Below, in pieces: positions 21,801 through 29,620 of a stretch of 64,000 nt of DNA; the stretch's first letter is position 1, and each line of letters opens with the position of its first letter. A program made the position numbers and the translations under genes. The stretch comes from a virus. Location: positions 16,262 through 80,261 of IMG/VR virus record IMGVR_UViG_3300025168_000053. One strand, 5' to 3'. Below the pieces are notes generated by a model. The model worked only from the letters and a program-made list of their open reading frames with translations. It searched no databases and was not told the origin of the DNA.

Positions 21801-23424
21801 AAACGACCTTACTTTTGATTTTAGCGGTTATCTATTGTATAATCAATTGAATGCTGCCGTGAGCGATTACACAGGGTTTGTTTTGTATTATTCGGATGTA
21901 TCGCACACTTACCATCCCACAGATATGCCAATTCGCACTATAAAGGATGTAAGAAGCAACCCTGTTGTTATGCAAGCCGTGTCTCCAACCTTTGTTGATA
22001 ATGCAGTTGTCGCAATGAAGATACAAACGCAATCATGGTATCATTTCGATGAGATAAGAAATACTGTGAGCAAAACCGCTTTGAATTATCGTGGTCTTAT
22101 GCACTATGAACCCAGTGATTTCTTTATGGTTTCACAACAAGCATTCAACATATTCGATGGCAAGGATCGTGGCGTTATTGAGCATTTGAATGGTTCAAAG
22201 GATATTTATGTTGATGGAACTAAATTGTCGCCATCTTACTTCCCCCCTTATTTGATTGATTCAAACAACATCAAATGGCGTGTTGCTGAGATTACCCAAG
22301 TGCAGAAAAATACCCTCATGAACTTCAAGGGTATGTCTAAGAAAAGTTTGAGCGAATCAGGAATGGCCGTTGGAGGGGTCTTATCGGGGCAATTGGGCTA
22401 TATTGGCATTAGAACCACAGATGCCGCTTTGCACCTCTTGAATGACGCAGGGGGCAATAAATCGGGCGTATCAATCACGCCAACAGATGAGTTCCATAAA
22501 AACACAAGAGATGTTGAAAATTATTTGGGCGCACATCCTATGATTAGGCAAATCAATGATCACAGCACACGCTACGTTGCACGTGATACGAGAGGACTGA
22601 ACACAATGGAGGTTATGAGAAACCTTTCACAACTTGATGGTCGGCAAATAATGAGCGAAAAGAACGGAACCATACTCTTCTCAAATGATGTATTCAAAGA
22701 AAGAGGCTTGCGTATTGGAAGCGATAACGGTTCCGATCTCATTGAAGTCAGCAAGTTATTTGATTCGCCAAATGAAATCGTCATTGTTGGTGACGTTATC
22801 GCAGGGAATGAAATTGTATTCATTCGAGTTCATGATACCGAGAAAATCCGAGAAGCCGCCGCAAGCGGGGCTGAGGGTGTAGTCAAGACGCTTCGACAAA
22901 GCATACCTGGAATCAAGAGCGTTGCAGCCGCAAGAAAGTTGGCTAAAACCCTCTTAGCAAGGGCTGAAAACGGTGCGCCGATGATTAACATAAAAGGATT
23001 GATGAACGCCACTTCTATTGTTGCTGGCGACATCATAGATGTCAATTTACCAAATCAAGGGGTCGTTGGAAAGTTCGCTGTGTTTGAAGCAAAACATAAG
23101 TTCCAATCACTACGTTCCGATTTGGTGATCGGCCAGTATGAAAAAGGAATTGAAGGTCTGTTATCCGATGTCAAGACAGATACGATTGACATAAGCGGTT
23201 TGAGCGAAAGCGTAGGTGATAAGGACATCACAGATAACCTCACTATGTCGGCATCAGTCAATGTCGTTTCAGTTCACAGAATCCGTGTTCGCAACGTCAA
23301 TGAAACAGGTTTCATCATCGGTGCAAAACACAAAAACGGACTTGGGAAGATAGGTGTTAGGGATGATAATAAAAGAGCGTTCCCTATCGGCATGAGTAAG
23401 AGTCGCAACTTCGTGGTGAAATGA
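15889..23424 (+). CDS. Giant tail tip/adhesin protein (2511 aa) with internal LamG-like domain
   Basis: Internal PVLWLKADS..GQMAEVIIYDRDLTTAEQYEVEAYLSRKYG (about 19620-20310); C-terminal region resembles a baseplate hub/Tal end. Confidence 0.65.
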   Translation: MAETFSRVLEPAKNESWGSTSTGKYPSGVFAIHLTYPDTGYLDSVTNWVSGTNTGSWKQGLTVLVKTPLAATGSTIAEASNGNVIAVDLKAAATAALTGDGSWDLGSENATRMIAAKINSRRIKMIGGHSRTKYLKATYVRQSLPHKYQVLSARAGAGSANVINLELATCSRSGFPTELKNDFILRVENASSTKNVTNGDYQNPALRWLRSPDGGAFNAVVEATIGSSNINGSPTGGLALAGDVLNNDFTLIGESPKHTIVLSWLHKGPTDGDYWGEQNGGPFIQGMGAIGVHRLVAKPMDGGNRGIPAVNYSSSNGKAATAHTTGEGFNRFSIEGLNSCNMPDMPPPDFHSIYPTIRGITTVHPNAKTDAVTNNRLRIQPLEYGTEFPIMGTAGGQGIGVETGYNHAFSGTDAQAYVPTGSNGIHIKNISVSNTNYIASISSSLFSDSGYAREIMTTMTVNDEKVIGFQISNEERVFEDIEVIDDLGNTMTLNGGSPFGTVIRDYKITNEREDKSTGNLFLGPSNPGGEVEPNLRIQLPKQEDIPGGIFVRSGHDRVQAWSNQSWGMGGLSAPNPQVAGILEADGKPSQYDTHDRSLIFHCQRIIGDHIEDIFGLSANQENGGASSGETRIFSAHRASDHVERGSLLRQTNNGVETGNLFPHHRIRFGRQGHSFVMPFCHRGTPMSLRRQLHRSHGSAYSLMFEGESEYKHHGFGNGAATNTSSVFQLDTIDVKNSGSLYDTGSFASDGLPLDEIKGKRHFDADVKYTSATHRSVADFLFAPGQKHTNVEGTPEFVSFAESGIDGSIPTGSATKLNLQGSTFSVRNRHNTASEVMVNGFFINNYIGMGGRPEPIKIMAQDSQNNFFVRGHHEGIIIPRVATELATVPPLLVHDPERMNASRDDGQRDFGLIKGSETISGGTPDAFLCHWLAEYSHPIYFGTTREHYMTFRYRESGMPRAVSYPSVNGLLLRNHSNSTTEGQPEKALPFERMYVAQWLQNYGYNALNAGGHGNVEGLRAWNAVMMGHTTIREANGTIQLYNQNGTKRLSRGEGIGDSLNPSRIRVVKGIDLDGDSEDLNRLFYVPEPYVGIDISRRLPVRAWGIRGATNPITILGGDPTENQNTYANHLPVRFDGGPQDSQQESAYPISAVDVSSMPVPSGGSNYVEKSVPVGFVANDFTTEAHPFERNIRQSNDPIRQQEVPIGIGASLGITQNGMLAPDAMAAGAWDYELNDLRPETLPLSNPVLWLKADSLNLDDGASVASWTDSSPNKWAFTQGTASAQPSLVKRDADFNLKPHVHFDGGDNLAVSFDAKLNPNNMTVFVVSTVDSDNNAYHGIIDNMNGNTGWLLYAKMSGSDNYWQWRTGTGSGQTIISAAADTVVPNTPSIVTLKMQGSNGAGGGTTTQTLSVNGKSEATSSAVFTKKTATTSTPMLGKVGSFQLTGQMAEVIIYDRDLTTAEQYEVEAYLSRKYGVSISTSASSSHTGILHPVDTIPINKGSDPFIDLVQRSGSPSYPQQDSAGAFLTPDDRRFGHGSNFYHLRGNALHANYHAINETKGRFSYPPGGIAEAEIASNAISRVTPDLMAEISDTRQIQSRTEPRLGLVMEVESERKENKNVDYAVVGTRAVSLHTDKMLGYQFPVLPSHVINTYFANSGFTTNGTGSTSTKPDFSKKPTWSPDSNSAKGDVLGAFSSDTTRSDFKTHALDAWAVRGVSDLPAWGGVYILRKTYLRREEDSDTLRTEVDGGNGKATPSHPTRRYVDYIVRPVRPLKMFGFASDVLQDGWTLGPRCKISTAGFNHQPFARDKRYGIFEMNALRGVNGIEPITSATSAFTMDYPDANDYDVTWHLIPTANMLQHFKSDAHRFDDSGEFNSKIEARYSQATHTGGGEPVYQSETKYSVQNGIMGDHSIHAKESKATQAKQALRIYPNVTVVAHKGGSVYSVDEGSVLPAAGYLLALDFKGLLKYTRSGNDLTFDFSGYLLYNQLNAAVSDYTGFVLYYSDVSHTYHPTDMPIRTIKDVRSNPVVMQAVSPTFVDNAVVAMKIQTQSWYHFDEIRNTVSKTALNYRGLMHYEPSDFFMVSQQAFNIFDGKDRGVIEHLNGSKDIYVDGTKLSPSYFPPYLIDSNNIKWRVAEITQVQKNTLMNFKGMSKKSLSESGMAVGGVLSGQLGYIGIRTTDAALHLLNDAGGNKSGVSITPTDEFHKNTRDVENYLGAHPMIRQINDHSTRYVARDTRGLNTMEVMRNLSQLDGRQIMSEKNGTILFSNDVFKERGLRIGSDNGSDLIEVSKLFDSPNEIVIVGDVIAGNEIVFIRVHDTEKIREAAASGAEGVVKTLRQSIPGIKSVAAARKLAKTLLARAENGAPMINIKGLMNATSIVAGDIIDVNLPNQGVVGKFAVFEAKHKFQSLRSDLVIGQYEKGIEGLLSDVKTDTIDISGLSESVGDKDITDNLTMSASVNVVSVHRIRVRNVNETGFIIGAKHKNGLGKIGVRDDNKRAFPIGMSKSRNFVVK

Positions 23425-23425
23425 T

Positions 23426-23923
23426 ATGGGCGCATTTGAACAAACATGGGCGTTTATCAAGTTTGATGATGAATCACCAACGCCTTATTTGAGCAATTCT
23501 TGTAAGCGTTGCGAAGAACAATACCCGTTAATGCACGACCCCGACATACCCCCTTCAAGTCCCGACTTTCCAATACATGAACATCTCGCAACTTCTATGT
23601 GTAAAAAATGTCGCCACGATAAATTATCGGAATTAAAATGGACTCACGAAAACCACCCCGCACCAGACGTTATTGGCCTTGATGATCGACGAATGCTTAA
23701 TCACCTTGTTGATATTGGGAAATTAAAGGATGGGCAAGAGTCCACACAGAATGAGTTGGACTTTTTGAACACCCCTTGTATGATGAGTCAAACACGGTAT
23801 GAAAATGACAGGGAAGATTCTTCGAGAGCATGGATGAAACCTTTGCCCCCATGCACTTGCGGAGGATGCCCACCTCTAAGGTGGTATGAACGAATGCAGG
23901 GAATACCAGAAGGGATGGAATGA
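23426..23923 (+). CDS. Cys-rich accessory protein with N-terminal tag
   Basis: Begins MGAFEQTWAFIK; contains CxxC pairs. Confidence 0.65.
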   Translation: MGAFEQTWAFIKFDDESPTPYLSNSCKRCEEQYPLMHDPDIPPSSPDFPIHEHLATSMCKKCRHDKLSELKWTHENHPAPDVIGLDDRRMLNHLVDIGKLKDGQESTQNELDFLNTPCMMSQTRYENDREDSSRAWMKPLPPCTCGGCPPLRWYERMQGIPEGME

Positions 23924-23924
23924 A

Positions 23925-24530
23925 ATGAGCGATGGGAACTGTTATCAATGCGCTTTTCAAGCACTTATGACTGGAAATCCTGATTGGAAAAACCCACGTT
24001 TGATTCATAGCGACATAACGCATTCCAAAACAGGTGAACCATATTCTCATGCCTATGTTGCTTATGATAAGGAACTTGAGTTTCCTGAACCGATGCCCGA
24101 AGAATGGGGTGGGAACATTCCAACAATGCAATTTGTTCACGACCAATCCAATTCATTCAAAGGATCAGGCGATATACCACGTATGTTTTATGAAATGAAT
24201 GCAAAGCCAATACGTGATACAATGCGTGAATACACGCTGGAACAAATGATGGAACAGGCAATGAAGCATTCACATTACGGACCCTGGCCTAATGAAGAAG
24301 CATTTGGAAAATCATGGGATTTGATGAAATCAGGGGTCAAACGCCTCAATACCAATAAGAAAGTTCCTATGCCCTGCCCTGAATGTAGGGGTCCGATGGA
24401 ACATCAAGATGGTTATGTTGGTTCAAGTGGCCGTTATGTTGAACCTGCCTATATGTGCATGGACCCCAAAACAAGTTATTGCGAAGCAAGAAGGCATGAT
24501 GTGAAAAGTTCATTGAAGGAGATGAAATAA
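23925..24530 (+). CDS. Two-domain accessory protein: transglutaminase/papain-like Cys-His-Asp domain, then tag, then Zn finger
   Basis: GNCYQ..SHAYV..VHDQS order; AFGKSWDLMKS at 24300-24332; then CPECR..C..C. Confidence 0.55.
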   Translation: MSDGNCYQCAFQALMTGNPDWKNPRLIHSDITHSKTGEPYSHAYVAYDKELEFPEPMPEEWGGNIPTMQFVHDQSNSFKGSGDIPRMFYEMNAKPIRDTMREYTLEQMMEQAMKHSHYGPWPNEEAFGKSWDLMKSGVKRLNTNKKVPMPCPECRGPMEHQDGYVGSSGRYVEPAYMCMDPKTSYCEARRHDVKSSLKEMK

Positions 24531-24871
24531 TGCCAGTCCTCGACCCCCTAAAAGCCGCTTTGACCGACCACCTCCAAACGCTCATCAAGAAGTGTTCACT
24601 TGGTTCTGGGGCTTCCGATGCCTCAAGCCGTGATGGAGGCGCAGGGAATACAAAGATGAGTCAAAATACACTGGTTCAACGCATTGATGATCGAACCATC
24701 TCAGTTAGTGCGTTGTTCGATTCGCAATTGAGCAGCGAACAGGCGATTACCGAAGTTGTTCTTCATGGGGAAAACCCTCTTGACTCACCATCCTTTAGGG
24801 CAACATTCATGCCAATAAACAAGAACGGCACAAATGAAGTCCGAATTGATATTCTAATGGAAGTGAGATAG
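24530..24871 (+). CDS. Small virion/baseplate-associated structural protein
   Basis: ITEVVLHG..FRATFMPINK..EVRIDILMEV resembles the N-terminal fold of tail-fibre/baseplate proteins. Confidence 0.5.
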   Translation: MPVLDPLKAALTDHLQTLIKKCSLGSGASDASSRDGGAGNTKMSQNTLVQRIDDRTISVSALFDSQLSSEQAITEVVLHGENPLDSPSFRATFMPINKNGTNEVRIDILMEVR

Positions 24872-25224
24872 TGTCCGATAAAAAATCCGAAGAAAAGAAC
24901 GATGAAAAGATAGCCCCAGTGGTTGCAGGTGCGGCGAGAGTCGGAGTTGCAGCAGCAAAGAATCCAGCAGTTCGAGGGGCTGTTGGTGGTGCGGTTCAAG
25001 GAATGATGAAGAAACGGATTGATGAACCATTTGAGATGACATGGGAATTGATGAAAAGCGACGAGAAGGGCGACAACGCCCCAACCAACCCTGGTCTTTG
25101 GTCGCAAGCCAAATCAAAGGCACGTTCTAAGTTCAAGGTTTATCCATCAGCCTACGCTAACGGTTGGGCTTCTAAATGGTATAAATCCAAAGGCGGCGGC
25201 TGGAAGAAAAAGAGCAAGGAGTGA
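24871..25224 (+). CDS. Small basic protein (DUF5872-like N-half) after an internal tag
   Basis: PFEMTWELMKS followed by PTNPGLWSQAKSKARSKFKVYPSAYANGWASKWYKSKGGGW. Confidence 0.65.
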   Translation: MSDKKSEEKNDEKIAPVVAGAARVGVAAAKNPAVRGAVGGAVQGMMKKRIDEPFEMTWELMKSDEKGDNAPTNPGLWSQAKSKARSKFKVYPSAYANGWASKWYKSKGGGWKKKSKE

Positions 25225-25424
25225 ATGTCATGGTTGAGTTGAAGAAAAAAGAATGTTGCTGTGGTGCAACTGAAAAAAACCCATGCGCTTGTATGAAAAA
25301 AGGAATTATGAAATGTTCCGCAAAAGTTCCTATGTGTCAATGCTACAAAGACCTCAAAAAAGAAGGCAAGCATCCTGATGATTTGAAAAAGGCATTTACC
25401 ATTGCGTGGGATTATACATTCTAA
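25221..25424 (+). CDS. Small Cys/Lys-rich protein with a degenerate C-terminal tag
   Basis: CCCGATEKNPCACM..CSAK..CQC; ends AFTIAWDYTF. Confidence 0.6.
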   Translation: MNVMVELKKKECCCGATEKNPCACMKKGIMKCSAKVPMCQCYKDLKKEGKHPDDLKKAFTIAWDYTF

Positions 25425-25435
25425 AGGTGATATAA

Positions 25436-25966
25436 TTGATTGACGTTCCTATCGCCGATCTCATCTCAAAGGATTTGAGGCGATGGTTCAAAGAAAAGTG
25501 GGTGGATGTTGGCAGTAAGGACAAAGACGGCAACCACCCTCCCTGTGGCCGTAGTGACGCAAAGACTGATAGCAAAGGCTATCCCAAGTGCCGACCATCA
25601 AAGAAGGTCAGCAGCAAGACCCCTGAAACGACACGTGGCATCAGTTCAAAGGAGAAGAAGGCTATGACTCGAAGAAAGCGTTCAAAGCCACAGGGCGTTG
25701 GTGGAAAGCCAACGGTGGTTAAGAGCGATCCATTTGAAGCCGTATGGGATTCAATCATCAAAGGTCGCTTTCGAGGCTACACGCAATCAAACATCGGTGA
25801 CAGGCCATACCGACAGGCCGAACATAGAATCTGGGATATATCCCGTAAAGTCAAACGTGAGCGAACAAAACGACGATATAAGCGCAATAAAAGCAGGGGA
25901 ACTGTTCGGCCAGCCATGCGCCGTCAATTAGGCGCAGGGGGCAAAAGAGCCTCCACAAAGAGGTGA
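25436..25966 (+). CDS. Basic protein (DUF5872-like C-half), tag, then Arg-rich tail
   Basis: LRRWFKEKWVDV..PCGR..YPKCRPSKKVSSKTP; PFEAVWDSIIKG; very Arg/Lys-rich. Confidence 0.65.
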   Translation: MIDVPIADLISKDLRRWFKEKWVDVGSKDKDGNHPPCGRSDAKTDSKGYPKCRPSKKVSSKTPETTRGISSKEKKAMTRRKRSKPQGVGGKPTVVKSDPFEAVWDSIIKGRFRGYTQSNIGDRPYRQAEHRIWDISRKVKRERTKRRYKRNKSRGTVRPAMRRQLGAGGKRASTKR

Positions 25967-25974
25967 GGCTTGAT

Positions 25975-27177
25975 ATGATTTTTGATGCTGCATGGGATAT
26001 GATGAAAGCCGACATTTTTCATGAGGGGCGAGCCTATTCCAGCATGGATGATTTGATGCCTAAATTGAATCAGCAAATTGAAGGATGGGGGGGAAGCAAC
26101 AAACAATTGTCGCCATTCCCATTCCCGTATAAAAGCGGAAACTATCGGCATAAATCGTGGAAAGGAATGTCAGATCGAGGGCTTGATGATTTCATAAATA
26201 AAAATCCAGGTTTCAAATCAAGCAGCGAGATGTTGCCAGCAATGATGCCCTGGGTTGGTGGAAAAACACAAATCCAGCCATACATTAGGGGTCTTGCCGA
26301 TTTTTTCCCTAATGCCCGACCTGCTGAACTTTATGGGGGAAGCGGTTCGACAATTCTCGGTATGAACAGGGGAACTGGTTTTTATGCAGACATAAACCCC
26401 GATAATACTAACGCATTTCAACACTTAAAAGATGGTTTAGGGGTCGTTGAAATCCCAAAAACAAGAGAGCGTATGGCTGAGATGGTTTCAAGAATGAATG
26501 ATTTGAGATTTAGGCGTGATGTGAAAGGAGAACAATTGTCAAGCGATGAATTATCGGAACTCGCATCTCATTACATTGGAACAAATCATCAAGCATTTGG
26601 CAATTTGAAATATCCTAATCAAAAACAAAGGAAAAACTATCCTGAATGGTATGGTGGTTCACGATATACCGAAGGACCAATTATGGATAAACAAGGATGG
26701 CGTAAGAGTTCGGTGAGAGTTATGCCGCACAAAGTCGGAGGTCTTGATTTGAGCGCATACCCAGATAGGATGCGTGATGTTGAGATTCATACTGGGGATC
26801 TTCGAGACACACATAAATTGCTACAAGGCGACGAATACCTTTACCTCGACCCTCAATATATTGACCGAATGCACCAATATGGAGGTTCGGATGAACAACT
26901 ATCAGGTGGGGGTTATGACCAACTTCAACGAGACACCATAAGGATTGGTGCTGAACATGACGGGCCAGTTCTTTATTCAAATTATTTGGTTGGTCCAAAA
27001 TCAGGTTTGCCCAACGAAGAGATGATTGCAGATCTGCTGGATAGTGGTTTCGATGCACATACATGGATGAGAAAACCAAAGGGCAACTCAAGACCCGTAG
27101 TTGAAGTTCTTGGATTGAGAAATCATCCTGAACACGTTCAAAGAGGATTGAAAACAAAAAGACTTTTTGATTACTGA
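25975..27177 (+). CDS. Dam-like (D12 class) N6-adenine DNA methyltransferase with N-terminal tag
   Basis: PWVGGK, ELYGGSGS, ADINPD and YLDPQY (variant of DPPY); begins MIFDAAWDMMKA; GAGGTGAGG SD. Confidence 0.8.
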   Translation: MIFDAAWDMMKADIFHEGRAYSSMDDLMPKLNQQIEGWGGSNKQLSPFPFPYKSGNYRHKSWKGMSDRGLDDFINKNPGFKSSSEMLPAMMPWVGGKTQIQPYIRGLADFFPNARPAELYGGSGSTILGMNRGTGFYADINPDNTNAFQHLKDGLGVVEIPKTRERMAEMVSRMNDLRFRRDVKGEQLSSDELSELASHYIGTNHQAFGNLKYPNQKQRKNYPEWYGGSRYTEGPIMDKQGWRKSSVRVMPHKVGGLDLSAYPDRMRDVEIHTGDLRDTHKLLQGDEYLYLDPQYIDRMHQYGGSDEQLSGGGYDQLQRDTIRIGAEHDGPVLYSNYLVGPKSGLPNEEMIADLLDSGFDAHTWMRKPKGNSRPVVEVLGLRNHPEHVQRGLKTKRLFDY

Positions 27178-27287
27178 TGGCGAAGAAAATGGATAATCTG
27201 GATAAGGTGTTAATCCCAATTGTCATCGTTGCCACAATCATTTGGATTTATTCAATTGTGATGCACCACGAATGGTTGAGGAAATAA
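27177..27287 (+). CDS. 36 aa single-pass membrane peptide
   Basis: TGATG overlap with the upstream stop; VLIPIVIVATIIWIYSIVM hydrophobic stretch; not in the ORF track. Confidence 0.45.
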   Translation: MAKKMDNLDKVLIPIVIVATIIWIYSIVMHHEWLRK

Positions 27288-27563
27288 CTAACTCAACGGG
27301 TTTTGCACATTACGATCACCAAGAGTCCATCGGAGGGTCTTGATTACACCCTCCAATGCTTTCTTGTTTCGAGCGCATTCTTTCATCATGTCTTTGTCGC
27401 TGTTTTGCTTTGCTTTATGGAACTTGAGAATCCAGTCGTTTTGCTTAGATTCCGCACGAACTAACATCTGTTCGATTTGTTCCCATGAACGGTCATAGGA
27501 GAAGATTTCATGCTCTAATTGCATCATGCGAACAAAGTTGCCGCATCGTTTCAAGTATATCAA
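27288..27563 (-). CDS. Hypothetical helical protein
   Basis: Coupled to the upstream gene by a TTGA overlap. Confidence 0.6.
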   Translation of the reverse strand: MIYLKRCGNFVRMMQLEHEIFSYDRSWEQIEQMLVRAESKQNDWILKFHKAKQNSDKDMMKECARNKKALEGVIKTLRWTLGDRNVQNPLS

Positions 27564-28708
27564 GCGTGTTGCGAATGAACATAAGTGATATGAACAAAAG
27601 CAGCAGGTATTCCAAGCGGTGCGGGATCGAGAAGTGTCAAATCGCCAGCATTCATAGCGAAATGATGAGGATGAACCAACTTTCCTAAAAAGTTGTTTGC
27701 ACCGTCAAATACATCCACGCTAACCAAAGGTTCGACCCCATCCTCTTCACTTAACAATGGCTTGTAAAGAAGCCCTGCTGGTGCTGCTGCGCCGAAAGGT
27801 AAAACCTTTGGCGCACCTGGGGTGAAAGGAATTGCAGTTGTTTTTGATGTTCTGTGAACGGGAGTTAATTGATATGTTCCACCGCCGCCAGGATGCAAAC
27901 CAACCCCCACATCGGATTGATAAAATAAGTGAGTTTGACCGCCTCCTTGAACTGTGGAAAAGAAACCATTAGGATTTCGTGCAAATAAGACTCCGAGATC
28001 GGTGATTGGCAAGTTGGCGGCATTGAAACCTGCGACAAAATCATTCCTTAGAGAAGATTCCGAACCGTCGCTATGCTCAATTGCCGACAAAGCAACTGGA
28101 CCAGGGCGAACAAACACCCTCTTGTCCTCTATGGCGAGGATAACAGGCCCAGATGAACCCTTGCCGACTCGAACTGCTGCCAAGACTGTATTTTGTAAGA
28201 CAAGGTGATTTGAAGGGGATTGAGGGTATAGCCCTGTGGCAGTATCAACATACGAACCGTAAGTGAAGCCAACATTACTTGGTTTGCGAGGATCAACATA
28301 AGCCAAGAGAATTGCCTCATCTCCAGGGTTTGTTCCGTTGGGTATGGCTGAACCATGATATGTTGATTGATAGTTCGTTGCAGCCGCAATATCCAACACT
28401 GAGCCAGAACCGACGTTGAAAAACATTCCATCGAGTTGAACTACGCCAGCATCAACATAAAGTTGCGAGGTGCTTCCCAATGTTCCGTTTGGTCGAACAC
28501 AGCAATTGCCGCTAACAGGGTTGTTTCTATTCGCTTCATCATATCGGTTGAGGGTGATCGGAATCACGCCGTTGCCAAGTCCACGTTCAACGTTGTTTGT
28601 CAATGATGGGCTGGTAAGGACATCGGAATCACGGAGGCCATCGTTTTGATAGGTTGATGCACCCGTAGCCGTTTTTTCATGACCCTCAGCCAGATTGGTG
28701 TTAGACAT
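27560..28708 (-). CDS. Putative virion structural protein
   Basis: 382 aa, Gly/Pro/beta-rich; LYVDAGVVQLDG and TVLAAVRV..IEDKRVF resemble fibre/baseplate N-terminal modules. Confidence 0.5.
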   Translation of the reverse strand: MSNTNLAEGHEKTATGASTYQNDGLRDSDVLTSPSLTNNVERGLGNGVIPITLNRYDEANRNNPVSGNCCVRPNGTLGSTSQLYVDAGVVQLDGMFFNVGSGSVLDIAAATNYQSTYHGSAIPNGTNPGDEAILLAYVDPRKPSNVGFTYGSYVDTATGLYPQSPSNHLVLQNTVLAAVRVGKGSSGPVILAIEDKRVFVRPGPVALSAIEHSDGSESSLRNDFVAGFNAANLPITDLGVLFARNPNGFFSTVQGGGQTHLFYQSDVGVGLHPGGGGTYQLTPVHRTSKTTAIPFTPGAPKVLPFGAAAPAGLLYKPLLSEEDGVEPLVSVDVFDGANNFLGKLVHPHHFAMNAGDLTLLDPAPLGIPAAFVHITYVHSQHA

Positions 28709-28712
28709 TCAA

Positions 28713-29093
28713 TCAATCCTCTTCCAATTCCATCAATCTTTTTATCCTTTCACGCATTTCAACGCTCATGATGTCGCCTTTGTCGTGCATTCGATACTCA
28801 GGATTGGGCTTTATGATTTTCCCTGAACCATCTTCCATCAATCTTTTCATCTTTTCACGCATTTCAACGCTCATGATGTCGCCTTTGTCGTGCATTCGAT
28901 ACGGAGGATCAATCATTTGGGTTTTTCCTGAACCAGCCAGTGCAGCAATAAGATGAGGCGGCGCACCACCTTTCCCTGCATAGGCATTCATGACCTTGAG
29001 TTGTTCTTCGCTCATTGGAGGTTTTAATTCTTCATCATTCGTGGTTTCCCACCAATCGGCCTTCATCAAATCCCATGCTCTTTGAAAAACCAT
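28713..29093 (-). CDS. Accessory protein with N-terminal tag and internal 35 aa duplication
   Basis: MVFQRAWDLMKA from ATG 29093 (TGATG overlap); RMHDKGDIMSVEMRE occurs twice. Confidence 0.65.
   Translation of the reverse strand: MVFQRAWDLMKADWWETTNDEELKPPMSEEQLKVMNAYAGKGGAPPHLIAALAGSGKTQMIDPPYRMHDKGDIMSVEMREKMKRLMEDGSGKIIKPNPEYRMHDKGDIMSVEMRERIKRLMELEED
28728..28935. repeat. 105 bp tandem duplication with a 50 bp exact core
   Basis: 28748-28797 is identical to 28853-28902; flanking matches share the same 105 nt offset. Confidence 0.9.
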
Positions 29094-29620
29094 CAACAAT
29101 TCCACCTTTTCAATGCTGCACCTTTCGGAGTCATTTTGCCACCTTTACTGGTCGGACCTTTGACTCCACCCATTCGAGCGCAAAAAGACTTTCGCCTCTT
29201 GGCCTTCTTCGATCCAGCCTTGAGTTTGCTTGGTTTAGTGGTGACTGGGGGCTTGAGATTTGCACCTTCTTCACGCTTGAACTTGGCTCGACCCTTTGCA
29301 TTTAATCCACCTTTACGGCTATGCTTGTTTGGGTTGTAGCCGTGAAATGGTTTTGACTTCTTTTTACCTTTGAGTAAAGCATCAACCAATAGTTCGTCGG
29401 ACTTTGTAAAAGAACGTTTCCTCCATTGCGAAGGTTTTGTTGCCCTCATCGTTCCGTATGGTGTGCTTTCAAAGCCGCATCCATCGCATTTAGGAGTTGA
29501 GCCTTTTCCATTGCATTGACCGCACACGTGCTTTCCTTTCTTTGCATCGGGGGTTGGCTTTTTCTCACGCCCAATAACGGTTTTGGTTAAGAGGTTGCAG
29601 GTATCGCAATCACACGTCAT
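29093..29620 (-). CDS. Basic protein with Zn finger and DUF6321-like domain
   Basis: GGLNAKGRAK..NLKPPVT..RRKSFCARM..ALKRWNC; N-terminal CxxC pairs. Confidence 0.65.
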   Translation of the reverse strand: MTCDCDTCNLLTKTVIGREKKPTPDAKKGKHVCGQCNGKGSTPKCDGCGFESTPYGTMRATKPSQWRKRSFTKSDELLVDALLKGKKKSKPFHGYNPNKHSRKGGLNAKGRAKFKREEGANLKPPVTTKPSKLKAGSKKAKRRKSFCARMGGVKGPTSKGGKMTPKGAALKRWNC

